A stretch of DNA of 64,000 nucleotides from Hemiscyllium ocellatum (Eukaryota), in NCBI RefSeq assembly GCF_020745735.1, contig NC_083417.1, positions 48,360,001 through 48,424,000 on the forward strand, read 5' to 3'. The notes under the pieces were generated by a model. It was not told the DNA's origin, ran no database searches, and saw only the letters and a list, made by a program, of their open reading frames with translations. Below are positions 12,156 to 25,414 of this stretch, one piece after another; within the stretch, counting starts at the first letter, position 1; the number at the start of each line of letters is the position of its first letter. The position numbers and the translations under genes were made by a program.

Positions 12156-14663
12156 GATAGTTGGAATTGCGTTTGAGCCTTCAATGTTTCCTCTGAAGTA
12201 CTGTTTCCTTCGGCAGACTAATTCTAAGCAATCAGCAAGAGAATGACACAGACTGCAGACAATGGTGAATGTTCCTGGTCCTCTTCTCATTTGCTGTAGC
12301 ATTAATCATGTTCACATTTTGCTGTGCCTGTCTTTTCATGATGGCAACAGCACATGAAGTACTGTCCATTTTGAACTCCATGGTAAATTGTTCATGATTG
12401 GAGGATGGGAAACAAATGGATTCCCTATAAGAAATACAGAATCCTTTTTCAGTTATATACCTGAGAAACATTTTTTTCATAAATGTATCAGTCAAAGTTG
12501 ATGCTTCAGGCAAAGCTTGTGGACATTCAAAGCTTGTGAGCTCAATCATATCCCATTTTGACAAACCATGAAGGTAATTATCCCTGTACAAGCATAGGTT
12601 GTTGGTGTAAACTCCAAGACGGTAGTAATAGCCCTCATTTTTGCATATAATCACTAATAACTTCTATCCAAGTATCTTCTGACCACTATACTTTTAATGG
12701 TTTTAACTGTGGCACATATGGCATGTATCCTAACTACACAAGTTATGCAGTAAAGAAGTCTACGCAATTTAGGTCTTAGTTGGATGCCATAGATTTCAAA
12801 ATTGCATTCTTTAACAAAGCCTTATGAAAGATATTGTGGGAAATTTGCCAACTTCCAAAGTTTCCTGGCGCACAGAAAGAATTTTCTTGGTCCCATGGAG
12901 ACAGACATGAAGGCAGGACTGGAAAAAATAATCATAAAACCTGGCATTTGGGTCAGCAATGCAACGTGTTCCTGCAGCTGGGTAATCTATCAGCAGGTAG
13001 TAAGTCTGCCAAATCAACTGCCCATTTGTGGGTTGACCAGGAACACTATTGTGATGTTCCCATTGGTAGGAAAGCCCCACTTGATGGTCCAGTCTAAAAA
13101 TGCTTGGAGACTTGAGTGTTTAAGAAGCCTCCTCTTCTAAATCCCTTAATTCAGCTGCAGCTATCAGTGGGCCTCAGTTGCTGCATTGCCATTCTATTGG
13201 ATGGGCTGGCCTGCCAGAAGGATGGTTTAAAGATACATTGAAGATGACTGCTTGGTTTCTGAGGCTGAAAGAGGCATTCAATTCAATAAGTTTTAACAGT
13301 AGTCACAGCTTCCAGGCTTTCTATAAACATTAACTACATGAGACAGTCTGAAAGAAGTACACAATTGGTGATATAACCTTTTCATCCAAGAATTCACACA
13401 CTGTGATCCAAACGTTTTATTATCAGTGGTGCCAGACTGAACTAAACTACTGAGATTTCTACTTTTCCAAATTATTGAACAATAATCAGCAATATTTTAC
13501 AATTTCAGTCCCACTGAGTTTTATAGATGCCAAAATTCATATTTACTTTCTTGTAATTTAGTATAGATTTGGCCGATTTCAATTTCACTATCTATTTATA
13601 GCAGTGGCTTTTCTGTAGCTGTCAATAGTATCGAACTATAGAGGATAAAAGTCTGAGGGATTTTGTAATTCATTTACTCTTGTAGGGCCATTGAATTTCT
13701 AAAGTATGGTATTAACTTTGTTTATTCCATTTTTCTCAGGTTTGTTTTCATTATTCTACCAAAATAACAGATGTAACGTGGGTGGACCTTAAAAACAACT
13801 CACCTCCAAAATGGTTTTGCTACCCCAAGCACATAGAGAATTTTCATAATGTTTAGTGTAATCCAGTTAGATTACAATGGTGTTTATCTATTCCAGGAAT
13901 ATGTCTTTATCTTTGGGACAAGTTCTCTTAAAAATGTTTGAATTCTACTTGACCAATATTTCAAATGAAAGACACTGTTACGTCTAATAAATGGCAAGCA
14001 GCTAGCAGTGAGCACAATATCCATTTCTATAATAATTTGAAGAATAACATTGCCTGTAGTACAATAAATCAGGTATAAACAAAACATTTATTGTTGGTTG
14101 TGCTGTGCTATTTGGTTGATTATGCATTACCTTCAAGAGTAATTTCAACATTGCCTTTCTATCAAATAAACATAAAATGTTAATACAGCAAGAAAATGTA
14201 GAGTGCCATATACCTAAGTGGATCAGTTACTTTTCTGACTTTGAATAATGAGTGCACTCATGCACTGAAAAACAAGTGGAATAGGAGCGGTTATGTTCTG
14301 TACAATAACAACAAAGGAATATTTAAGAAGTCATTCTTACCACTAACACAATCAAAAGAAGACAAGTTGTAAATTAACTTTGTACCATGATTGCAAAAGC
14401 TGTTCAAATTGCTTTTGGACAGATGATAATATTTTATACAAGTGCTACCAAAATCAGTAAAGGAGGTGGTTCGAATGTGATCTTCACAGACCAATCTAGC
14501 TGTATATGTATAAGTGAGGGTTCCACTGAATAACTACTGCCCTATTAAGGCATCCATGCAATCATCCAGCTGGGCCAATTCGATTGTGCTTTGTCCCTGG
14601 TCAGTGACTTTGTACAGTTTCTTGTGGTGATGATCCAATTTTCAGCATTAACTGTCATGTTGA

Positions 14664-14687
14664 ACTACTATTACTACTACTACTACT
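14664..14687. repeat. (TAC)n microsatellite
   Basis: actactattactactactactact. Confidence 0.85.
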
Positions 14688-15968
14688 GTTTTCTCACTTT
14701 CCTTGCTGTGCTTATTTATGCATTTATTCCATTCCAAGATATTTTTGAACACTCTATCACACCATTGTGGTTCATAACCAAACAGTTGGAATAATAAATA
14801 CAATGAACTATTAATTGAGTGTCTGTTAAAACTATTGTTTGTTCAGTCTATGGAGGACCCAGAAATTAACTTCAATGACACAGTAAATGACTGAGCATTA
14901 CTATTTGTCATTGGCAAATCAGATATGTAGGGTATTCAAGTTGTTAGGTGAGCAATTTAAAACTGGAGGCTCCATAAAATGCATGATTAATATTACAGTG
15001 CAAATATAAAAATTAGAGCAATATGACAGCTGTATGCAAAAGGTTGCAAAGATTGTGCATTGAGTTTGTCACTTTTAGTTTCTTTTAAAAGAATGTGGAA
15101 CTCGATGATTTGTGTTATTGTTGAACAAACAGCTTGAGTTGGATTAAAATTAATGACATTAAATAACCTATAAAAGTCATTTAAAAAAAAATAAAATGTA
15201 AGCTCAAGACGGAAAAAAAAACTTAGTTCACTCAGAATTTGCATTACACATCAGTAAACGTGAACATTGCACATTGAAACACCCATCATTGATGACTGCC
15301 ATACAGAAATTTAGTGTTACAAGAACTAGTAAACTCAATAATTTTTTTTTACAGAATTTCTGTACGCCACTAATAATTGATGGACAATTTCTGATGTACC
15401 ATCTTTTACGGTATGTGCTTTAACTAAAATTAATAAAGACCACTATTCCGCATCTAAAATCTAGAAGATTGTTTTTCGAAGATAATGGTTTCTCAATTCA
15501 TGACATTGTACCAATGTTCTGTCTGAGTGCGGGTACATAGCTGTTTGGAACTAACTGCACGTAAGGAACAAACAGACTGCACAGAGCCAATATGCCCTTT
15601 AAGATGCATGGGTCTTGCAGCAACAAGCAAGCCATGCACAGCAAACAGAAATTAGAGGGAACACTGCAATGTACTGTCTGGTGCATCCAAATATGAATGT
15701 GAGATGCTGCCTGTTTGAGTGTGAAACAAAGCAGTGTGTTCAACAGAGGATTTTACTGAAATGATTTTAAGATGCCTGTCTACAGGGTGTGTGCCTCATG
15801 GTAGAGGTCATATCTCTCCACCAGACTAGAGTGGGCATTTGTAGATGATTGCATTTCAATCCAAATGCCCCCTGTTGAAAGGTTTGCTTCATCAATTTTA
15901 GTTCCCAACTCTATACACCAATGTTCCATCTAAGCTGTGTGGCTGCGCCATCATGCTCAGGTTCTGAG

Positions 15969-17611
15969 GTCAGAAGTCACATGACACCAGGTTATAGTCC
16001 AACAGGTTTATTTGAAATCATAAGCTTTCCAAGAGCTGCTGTTTTGTCAGGTGAAGTGAAGAGAAGCACACTGGCGCAAAATTTATAGGTAAAGAGATCA
16101 AAAGATCCCACAAATGGTGTGAGTGGAGTGTCGACAAGTAATTCAAAACTAATTAAGATAGAGAAATTACAACAACTTATCACGGTGATGGTGTCAAAAC
16201 AGGACAGTTAGGAAGATTTTTCAGATACAGACAGTAAGGTATGGTTACATGTAGCATGACACGAACCCATGAAGACTACCTCAACAGTGATCTTCGATTC
16301 ATGTCACGCTACATGTAACCCCATCATACTGTTCTGTATTTGTAAAATCTTACTGTCCTGTTTCAATACCATCACCTTGATAACTTGTTATGATCTCTCT
16401 ACCTTCATTAGTTTGTATAGTTTTGGATTACTTGTTACTTTGGTTAGACCCTCGGAATGCAGCTTGTATACTTATCATGTAGCAGGACTTATATACTTAA
16501 TGGTATCGGCCTAAGGAGTGTTGCTGAACAAAGAGACCTTGGAGTGCAGGTTCATAGCTCCTTGAAAGTGGAGTCATAGGTAGATAGGATAGTGAAGAAG
16601 GCGTTTGGTATGCTTTCTTTTATTGGTCAGAGTATTGAGTATAGGAGTTGGGAGGCCATGTTGCGGCTGTACAGGACATTGGTTAGACCACTATTGGAAT
16701 ACTGCACACAATTCTGGTCTCTTTCCTATTGGAAAGATGTTGTGAAACTTGAAAGGGTTCAGAAAAGATGTACAAGGATGTTGCCAGGGTTGGAGGATTT
16801 GAGCTATAGGGAGAGGCAGAACAGGATGGGGCTGTTTTGCCTGGAGCATCGGAGGCTGAGTGGTGACCTCATAGAAATTTACAAAATTATGAGGGGTATG
16901 AGTAGGATAAATAGACTAGGTTTTTTCCCTGGAGTGGGGGAGTCCCGAACTAGAGGGCATTGGTTTAGGGTGAGAGGGGAAAGATATAAAAGTGACCTAA
17001 GGGGCAACTTTTTCATGCAGAGGGTGGTATGTGTATGGAATAAGCTGCCAGAGGAAGTTGTGGAGGCTAGTACAATTGCAACATTTAAAAGGCATTTGGA
17101 TGAGTATATGAATAGGAAGGGTTCGGAGGGATATGGGGTGGGTGCTGGCAGGTGGGACTAAGGTTGGGTTGGGATATCTGGTCGGCATGGACGGGTTGGA
17201 CTGAAGAGGATGTTTCCGTGCTGTACATCTCTATAACTATATGACTCTATGATTCCAGCTATTTGGTTTCTGTCCAGTGCCACCTTATTTTTTGTAATAA
17301 TCTCTCTGGCTCAATTGATCAGATTATAGGTCATCCCTTTACTTGCTATTCAGCAGTTGACACTTTACTCACACCATCTAACACTTTTGATCAACTGCAG
17401 ATACTTATTATTCAGCTTGTTGACACTTCACTCATATCATTTGTACAATTTTTGATCGCTCTGCCTATAAATTCTATGCTTGTATGCTTCTCTTCATCCC
17501 ACCTGAAGGAGCAGCACTTCGAAGCTTGTGATTTCAAATAAACCTGTTGGACTATAACCTCATGTCATGTGACTTCTGACCATGTCCACCCGAGTCCAAC
17601 TCTGCACCTCT
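15969..17611 (+). mobile_element. Palindromic PLE 3'-end insertion (family B-like), split by a CR1
   Basis: Left arm ggtcagaagtcacatgacaccaggttatagtccaacaggtttatttgaaatc is antisense to 17530-17581; fold point near 16280; TSD gttctgag 15961-15968 / 17612-17619; broken HHRs near 16020-16053 (-) and 17500-17531 (+). Confidence 0.85.
16481..17250 (+). mobile_element. HER1/CR1 LINE, 5'-truncated (ORF 16592-17161 is the RT C-terminus)
   Basis: LYRTLVRPLLEYCTQFWS...LERVQKR...GDLIEIYKIMRG...FFMQRVVCVWNKLP; tail repeats actctatg. Confidence 0.95.
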
Positions 17612-17859
17612 GTTCTGAGTACAGTGATCCAGTATGCAAATGCATTCAATGCCACAAATGGACCTCGAAGGTCCATGTACTAAAACAAAAATAGAGGGAG
17701 TATTGCTATTGATACTGTTACTCATTACTACAGTTCTCATTCTCTATCAGTTTGTTATTTCCATCAATCTGAACATTTGCATTGCAGAGTCATTATATTG
17801 TGACCTCTGAATGGCACGTGTTATCATTGGCTGTCATCTGGGTGATATCATTTTACTAA

Positions 17860-19990
17860 GTGACATATTCTTTTGTCACTTGCTTTTCTTTCTCTGTTGC
17901 CAGGTTGCTGTGGACCTCGGAGACTGATTGTTGAGGTCTGTTCCTTGCAGGTTGTATGTTCACCTTTTCCTGATCAGCCACCTACAGTTGAAGAATGAAT
18001 TCTGCAGTTGGACATGTGTGTTTGTGGTTGTGATGATCTAGTCATATACTTTCACGGTGCAAGATCAGATGACATCCACTCCAAGCAGGTCCTAAATTGC
18101 CACTTGGTCTAGTTTTTGTTGAGATAGTTTGCAGACTTAATGACACTGCAATATCAATTCTGTCAATGTTTTAGCAGTCATGTTGAAGTGAAATTTGTTC
18201 TTGTTATTTCACCTGGAATTTCTTTTTTAACCTCATCTTTCACTACTTCAGGATTCATAGCTTTCTTGCTATTTGAGTAATTTGTGTGTAGTGTCATATT
18301 AGTATTCATATTAGACTATTTTCCATACAGTTCATGCCTTTGTTCTTTGATCAGTCGAGGAATGCTTTGTATATATCTGTGCAGGATTTATCCAATTACT
18401 TTATGATTCTTCTGGCAATTTTCACTGCCATCTGAGCATTTCCATTTGACTTGGGATAGTGTGGGTATGACAAGTGATGTATAAGACCATTGTCACTTAT
18501 GGCAACGATATTCGGCTGGAAGATATCCTAACCATCTACAATGTGGTCCACAGTCAATTATTTTGTGTACTGCAACACTTTGCAAATTGCTTTTGGCACA
18601 TTGAAGTTTACCAATAAAAAGCTCCAGCTGAGATGAGTATCATTTGCTTGCAATGGAGTTGGAGCTCCAGATCCTCATTCATGTTATTGCAATACACTTG
18701 CAAAGTACAGTAATCTGTCTTCTAGCACCAATATAATGCCATCATAAAATCTTAGCCTAACTTTCCATGTCTTCATTTTTGGATTGCCTGTTGATCACTT
18801 TGCATGGGTCTGTCAAGGTCATGATGTTGCACAATACACCAGCATCTATCAGAAATTTTATGTTGACCTGATGTTCTCCTTCTAACAGTCCTTATTCCAA
18901 CATTCATAAACTATGTTTCTCCTATTCACTTTACTGATAAAAGCTGTTGTACTGTGATTCAACAGAGTCTTCAATTGCTGCCTCTCCAGTGTTCAGCTGT
19001 ACCTACTTGTTGTGCTTTTTTGTCATATACTTGTGTGCAAAATGACACGCCGAACAAGCTTTCTTCTCTTCAGTACGATTTCTTCCACAGTATTTGCATT
19101 CTACTCTTTGTGATTGTCCTGCTCCATTTGCCTGAAAGATCTGTCAATATAATGCAAGCCCTGGTCTGTCCTGCTATAAATATGCTATAGCTGTTGATTC
19201 ACATCATTTGCACTGCTGCACAGGTCAATTATTCTCTTGAGTGTAAATCTGTCTTCTCTCAGTAGGCATGCTTTCACTTTCGAATCCCTTATTCCTAATA
19301 CAATCATGTGTCTGATTAGCCCATGCTTTAATTGTGCAAATTCAGAAGTTTCTTTAAGCTGAATTAATGACATTACACATTGAACAACTGACTTTCTCAT
19401 TTTGTTCTCGAGTATTGAATACAGATTGTTCACACATAACATTTACTTACATAAAATATTGTGCCTTCAAAGCTTTAAAATTTCTGCCATGTGTTTTATC
19501 TGTTGTTCTGAGAAATTTGGAATATATTTTGAAACAATCTTTTCCCAACAGTAATAAAAACATAGCAATTTGTTCTGGTTTGCTCAACAAGTCCACAGCT
19601 ATACAGTCCACTATTGTTCATGGGAGAATTCTCAGTTATGCTTCATTTTTGCAGTAATTTAAATAGGAGCTTGCAGAGAAAAAGCTGCAGCCATTTTCTC
19701 TTAAGCAACATTTTCATTGTGATTCTCATTTTCCTTTTTCAGTGGCAGCCCACAACTCTGTAGATGTACTTTTTATTTCAGCTTGAACACTCATCTCAGT
19801 GCCTCTTCTGACACTGTGTTTACAAAGTACAACATGCAGTGTGTTCAATATGAGGATAATATTGAAGTGAAACCTAAGATATCTGTCTACCGGGTGTGCT
19901 TCTTGTGATAAAGGTCACATAACTAGAGTAGTCTAGGTTAGATATTTGCGCACAAATACATTTCACTCTAAACATTATTGATTACTAAAC
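17860..19990 (-). mobile_element. Decayed Ty3/Gypsy LTR retrotransposon (gag, protease, integrase remnants)
   Basis: Gag LIRHMIVLGIRDSKVKACLLREDRFTLKRIIDLC (19185-19442), CKYCG knuckle near 19090, protease VNIKFLIDAGVLCNI (approx. 18825-18868), integrase SYPHYPKSNGNAQ (approx. 18430-18470), PBS-like gtgtcagaag near 19806-19815. Confidence 0.8.
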
Positions 19991-20369
19991 ATGGTGGCTT
20001 TTGGCCTGAATATATCTGCGTGGAAATTGAACAATTTATGGTTTTGCACTTGCAATAATCTCAGAAGTTACCAAATCTGCAGAAGCAATTGTTAGATTTT
20101 GGCAATGACCATTTTGGTGTTAGAGTAGTGATAAACAACACAAATTCCAGAAGCAACTAGCAAGAAGATTAGATGTAGTTTGCATGACAGAGAGAGAACT
20201 GTGAGGAATTAACTGGATGTGAATACCTTGAGGATTTTTCACTTGAATGAAAATTTTCATTTTAATAGGTGAGCACCAATATAAATTCCAGCACCTCCTT
20301 GGCCAATAAAAACTTTAAACATGGTCAATTTTCATATAAAACTTAACTAAAAACTGGCAGAGTACTTAC

Positions 20370-20492
20370 GGTAACTCCATTACCAGTGGCAAAGCAATTT
20401 AAAATGCTATAGTTCTGTATATTTTGTTCTGATATCAGAACATCATTTAAAGGCATGCATTTGAAATTCATGGAGTTGGTACCATACTCTTT
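20370..20492 (-). CDS. Candidate internal exon, 123 nt, phase 0/0 (KEYGTNSMNFKCMPLNDVLISEQNIQNYSILNCFATGNGVT)
   Basis: Acceptor ttttattttctattag, donor ACC|gtaagt, open frame, length divisible by 3; peptide not recognised. Confidence 0.3.
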
Positions 20493-21314
20493 CTAATAGA
20501 AAATAAAACTGAGAAATATAAAATTAATGCATCAATAAAAAGTCTGCTCCTTTTGACAGTACAGGTCACATGCAGATTGTCTGAGGTCATGAGGAAAATG
20601 TCCATCAGTTAGACAACCATATCTGATTTTGATGCAAACATTTTTTTTCTGTATTCTGTGTGTGACAGACTTCACCGATCATTGGGTTTCACCATTTTAG
20701 AAAAGCATTGAAGTTATTATACAACACTTTATGCAGCTGGAATAAATTTAGTCTGCGAAATTAAAAATCAACTGCCTGTAATATCCTGAATTTACTATGT
20801 CAATCTTTCCTGAATAGATGTTTCAAATGTCTGTATATAAATTGTTTTCATGTTCAAATAATTAACTTTTATAATTTAACAGGAAGACATCATAAAACTA
20901 AATTAAAAAAATGTATTAGTGAATAATAATTTTTTAAAAATTCTGCCTTAAGGTCTATTTTGTGAAACTATTTCTTGGTTTGTTAGCAGAAACATTTTCC
21001 TTTAATCAAAAATGTTGCAACTCTTTGCCATAGCTGCATCAAAAGTGTTTGCAAAATGAAAAATGCAGTTTTGCTTTATTCATTGGTTACTGTCTTGACA
21101 CCTACACAGCTGAATGTCTGCACTTTTAGGTTCCAGATATGCTAAATGAAAGAAAGAAGAAGCAAAGAAAGGCACACCAAAAGAGAAACATTGGGGGGAA
21201 ATTCAGCTTGTGCTGAAAACAGGCACAAACACAGCATCACGCTTCACTGAGCCTCCTTTAGCTTCTGTTGCAGGCTCTGCACCTGCTGTCCCCGCAATTA
21301 CTTTCTACACTTAC

Positions 21315-21480
21315 CCAGACCTAGGCATCTTTCATGCATCATGTACACTATTCTATCCTGACACACACATCTTAAAACCAATGCTAGTTCCAACCTCTGT
21401 TTGCGATGCATGGCTGGCTTGCTGCACTGCCTGGTTCCTTTAAGATTGAAATGCAGCCACAAAGTTGTGCATCTTCAAGG
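21315..21480 (-). other. Candidate alternative first exon of a minus-strand gene (5' boundary unknown)
   Basis: Donor CTGG|gtaagt at 21315, non-repetitive and slightly GC-richer context, ATGs giving MMHERCLGL or MPRS. Confidence 0.3.
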
Positions 21481-22057
21481 GAAAATTGCTTATACAGGGC
21501 CTGTTTGCTCACTGTGGTTATGCTGTTTAGATGGAACATTTACAACTTTGTAGAGAGCAACATATTAACGCTCATACTTTTCTTGTGGGAGATGAACTCA
21601 GAGTAGATAAGGACAGAAAAAGGACTAATCAATACCAGTCCTGTTTTCACTTAAAGAGGCTATATTGGAATTCATGAGCAGCCATGTATCAGGAGCATCA
21701 CAAAGCTGGAGGATATTAAAGATTTTGTCCATTTCATGCTCCTTTATGTCCCTACTTGACTTTCTTTTACATATACACTGCGCAACAACATGGTGATGCT
21801 TTGGATTGCCATTCATCACAAATATTCAAATCTCTTTTCCCTGGACCAAGTTGATCTCGAGAGCAACCATATAAAGATAAGCTTGGTGTTACACATCACT
21901 TTCCCTTCAGATATACTGGCATATTTAAAGGATCAGTTACAGGGTCTGTACTGGGAGCTGTACTGAGCATAAGATAGAACAAGCGCACAGGGATAGAAGG
22001 CTGCAGAATTCAGTTCTTCACGCACAAAGAATAAGATTCTGTGCGTGTAGAAAATCC

Positions 22058-22220
22058 AAAATAAAAACAGAAAATGCTGGAAATACTCAGTAATATGCTG
22101 ATATCATCTGCATAGAGGGAAGTAGACTTAATATTTAAAGTCAATGACCTTTCATCAACCTAAAGCATGAACTACATTTCTCACTCCACAGATGCTGCTG
22201 GATATATGAGTTTCTCAGTC
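22058..22220. mobile_element. Very old palindromic PLE-end relic (family D)
   Basis: aaataaaaacagaaaatgctggaaatactcag...gacctttcatca followed by forward ctccacagatgctgctgg...gagtttctcag. Confidence 0.55.
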
Positions 22221-23081
22221 CTTGGCTGTGTGCAGGCTTGCCGGCAAACAATGTCAAACAGCATAGAAACATCTACCTATAACATATCAACATGGAAGTC
22301 ATGGAAACAATGCAGAAAACCACTGGCTTGTGATCACATATATGCATACTGCAATAAGGTTCTCTGCAATGGAGCCTTGAGTAACAGCTCTGACAACTGT
22401 CATGGAAGCTTAGACTTGTGCTATATTGAACCTTTGTGTTTGGCTGCCTTAAAACTCTAACAGCTGGCACTTCTGTTTATCAGTTGTTCCTCCTACTCCT
22501 ACATGTCTTCTTCTTTATTAGGTAGTTCTGAGGGTTTCTTCCTTTGAATGCAGAATGGAACAATGAATTTGAACACAGTTACAAATCAAAGATAGGTTGC
22601 AGATCAGATAGGATGTCATCAAAAGTTGGAGCAAGCTTGAGGGAATAAATGGCATATTTTATGATTACAATGCAAAAACATTGAAGGCCATATTGCATGC
22701 TGTCTACAGACCGATGCATGCAGCAGAACCCCACCTTTTGGGACATCAATTTGAGCCACTAGGGTGAGTAGTTCAATCAAAGTTCCTTGAGACATGTAGA
22801 TATGAATTAGCACATCTCTGCACCTATAATTGTGTTGCTTACAATGAGTCTCAAACCTGATTTTTTGGGTGGAAAAGATGGAGGATAGAGAAGTGTAACA
22901 GAGTAAAGAAATCAGAGACTGATAAGAGACCAAGAATAGTCTTGCAAGATATGATGACATAATATCCCATACCATCAGAGAAACAATGAAATCCATGCAT
23001 ATGTCAGAGTTCTTTTGTGTGAATTACACAGCACTGCATGGTAAATCTGCTCATCTTGCAAAGCTCCAGAGCTCTGTATTA

Positions 23082-23772
23082 TTGTGGTTCTGTTCGCCAA
23101 GCTGCAAGTTTTTGCTGCAAACGTTTCGTTCCCTGGCTAGGGAACATCATCAGTGCTATTGGAGCCTCCTGTGAAGCGCTGCTTTGATGTTTCTTCCGGT
23201 ATTTATAGTGGTTTGTTCTTGCCGCTTCCGGGTGTCAGTTTCAGCTGTAGTAGTTTGTATGTGGGGTCCAGGTCGATGTGTCTGTTGATGGATGTTCTTG
23301 CCGCTTCCGTGTGTCAGTTTCAGCTGTAGTGGTTTGTATATGGGGTCCAGGTCCATGTGTCTGTTAATGGTGTTTGTGGATGAATGCCATGCCTCTAGGA
23401 ATTCCCTGGCTGTTCTCTGTCTGGCTTGTCCTATGATGGTAGTGTTTTCCCAGTCAAATTCATGTTCCTGGTTGTCTGAGTGTATGGCTACTAGGGATAG
23501 CTGGTCGTGTCGTTTTGTGGCTAGCTGATGTTCATGGATGCGGATTGTTAGCTGTCTTCCTGTTTGTCCTATATAGTGTTTTGTGCAGTCCTTGCATGGT
23601 ATTTTGTAAACTACGTTAGTTTGGCTCGTGCTGGCTATTGGGTCCTTTGTTCTAGTGAGTTGTTGTCTGAGAGTGGAAGTTGGCTTGTGTGCTGTTATGA
23701 GTCCTAAGGGTCGCAGTAGTCTGGCTGTCAGTTCTGAGACGCTCCTGACGTATGGTAGTGTGGCTAGTCCTT
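23082..23772 (-). repeat. 691-bp inverted copy of the PLE 3' region (24798-25488)
   Basis: Identical peptides in ORFs 23156-23356 vs the end of 23846-25414, and 23292-23528 vs 25042-25278; about five substitutions counted. Confidence 0.97.
23117..23156 (-). ncRNA. Minimal type I hammerhead ribozyme, mirror copy
   Basis: Minus strand GCA CTGATGA T GTTCCCT AGCC AGGGAAC GAAAC GTT TGC. Confidence 0.85.
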
Positions 23773-23773
23773 C

Positions 23774-25414
23774 ACCAATAGAATAATCAACACACTAAGG
23801 AATCTACAAAAAAACGGACAGATAACCAAAGCGGACCAGCAAAGAATGAAACCTGAAAGCAACAACACCCCCAGATTCTACGGACTACCCAAAGTACACA
23901 AACCAGACATCCCACTCAGACCCATAGTATCACTACCAGGGACACCAGCATACAAACTGGCCAAAGAACTACAACAAAAACCGAAACACCTAGTCAGTGG
24001 ATCCAAACACTCCATACAATCAACACAGGAATTCTTGGACATCATCAGGAATACACACATAGACAAAGAAGAAACCATGGTATCATTCGACGTGACGGCA
24101 CTGTTCACATCAATTGACAAAACCTTAGCCAGAGAAACAATAGCCAACCTACTGGACATACATAACAGAACACAGGAGGCCGAACCTATCAACAAGGACG
24201 GCATACTTAAACTACTAGACCTGTGCCTCACCACACACTTTACATTCAACAATCAGATATACGAACAAATCAACGGAACACCCATGGGATCACCAATCTC
24301 GGGACTCATAGCAGAGGCAGTTATGCAAAGGTTAGAACATACAGCCCTACCACAAATCCAACCCAAACTCTGGATCAGATACGTCGATGACACCTTTGTA
24401 ATCATCAAAAACACAGAAATAGAAAAAACACACCGAATCATCAACGCCACACTCACAGGAATACGATTCACACGAGAAGAGGAAAAGGATAGCCAACTCC
24501 CATTCCTAGACGTGTTAGTAGAGGGAACACCCAATGGAGAATTCACCACAAGGGTACACAGGAAACCAACATACACAGACCAAGTCCTAAACTCTGAAAG
24601 TAACCACCCCAACACACACAAACGAAGCTGCATCAGGACACTATTCAAAAGAGCCACAACACACTGCAGTACACCAGAACTGCGAAAAGAGGAAGAGGAA
24701 CACCTATACAAGGTATTCGCCAAAAACGGATACCCACGCAACTTTATCACCAGATGCCTAAGAGATAGACCACGGAACGAGGACATGCCACAACCAAAAG
24801 GACTAGCCACACTACCATACGTCAGGAGCGTCTCAGAACTGACAGCCAGACTACTGCGACCCTTAGGACTCATAACAGCACACAAGCCAACTTCCACACT
24901 CAGACAACAACTCACTAGAACAAAGGACCCAATAGCCAGCACGAGCCAAACTAACGCAGTTTACAAAATACCATGCAAGGACTGCACAAAACACTATATA
25001 GGACAAACAGGAAGACAGCTAACAATCCGCATTCATGAACATCAGCTAGCCACAAAACGACACGACCAGCTATCCCTAGTAGCCATACACTCAGACAACC
25101 AGGAACATGAATTTGACTGGGAAAACACTACCATCATAGGACAAGCCAGACAGAGAACAGCCAGGGAATTCCTAGAGGCATGGCATTCATCCACAAACAC
25201 CATTAACAGACACATGGACCTGGACCCCATATACAAACCACTACAGCTGAAACTGACACACGGAAGCGGCAAGAACATCCATCAACAGACACATCGACCT
25301 GGACCCCACATACAAACTACTACAGCTGAAACTGACACCCGGAAGCGGCAAGAACAAACCACTATAAATACCGGAAGAAACATCAAAGCAGCGCTTCACA
25401 GGAGGCTCCAATAG
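23774..25414 (+). CDS. PLE reverse transcriptase + GIY-YIG endonuclease; frame is open 24 codons upstream of ATG 23846, so the true N-terminus is missing
   Basis: FYGLPKVHK, LRPIVS, SFDVTALFT, GTPMGSPIS, YVDD, LPFLDV, HPNTH, VYKIPCKDCTKHYIGQTGR...RIHEH. Confidence 0.96.
   Translation, partial: TNRIINTLRNLQKNGQITKADQQRMKPESNNTPRFYGLPKVHKPDIPLRPIVSLPGTPAYKLAKELQQKPKHLVSGSKHSIQSTQEFLDIIRNTHIDKEETMVSFDVTALFTSIDKTLARETIANLLDIHNRTQEAEPINKDGILKLLDLCLTTHFTFNNQIYEQINGTPMGSPISGLIAEAVMQRLEHTALPQIQPKLWIRYVDDTFVIIKNTEIEKTHRIINATLTGIRFTREEEKDSQLPFLDVLVEGTPNGEFTTRVHRKPTYTDQVLNSESNHPNTHKRSCIRTLFKRATTHCSTPELRKEEEEHLYKVFAKNGYPRNFITRCLRDRPRNEDMPQPKGLATLPYVRSVSELTARLLRPLGLITAHKPTSTLRQQLTRTKDPIASTSQTNAVYKIPCKDCTKHYIGQTGRQLTIRIHEHQLATKRHDQLSLVAIHSDNQEHEFDWENTTIIGQARQRTAREFLEAWHSSTNTINRHMDLDPIYKPLQLKLTHGSGKNIHQQTHRPGPHIQTTTAETDTRKRQEQTTINTGRNIKAALHRRLQ
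25200..25356 (+). repeat. Two-copy 79-bp tandem duplication at the PLE ORF end (mirrored in the left arm)
   Basis: ccattaacagacacatggacctgg...aagaaca (25200-25277) and ccatcaacagacacatcgacctgg...aagaaca (25279-25356). Confidence 0.93.

Noticed and set aside
23156-23528. ORFs duplicating PLE peptides
   Set aside because: Simply the inverted arm, not separate genes
23878-25278. Long antisense ORFs (124, 229 and 78 aa) over the PLE
   Set aside because: Shadow of a T-poor, A/C-rich coding strand; no domain motifs
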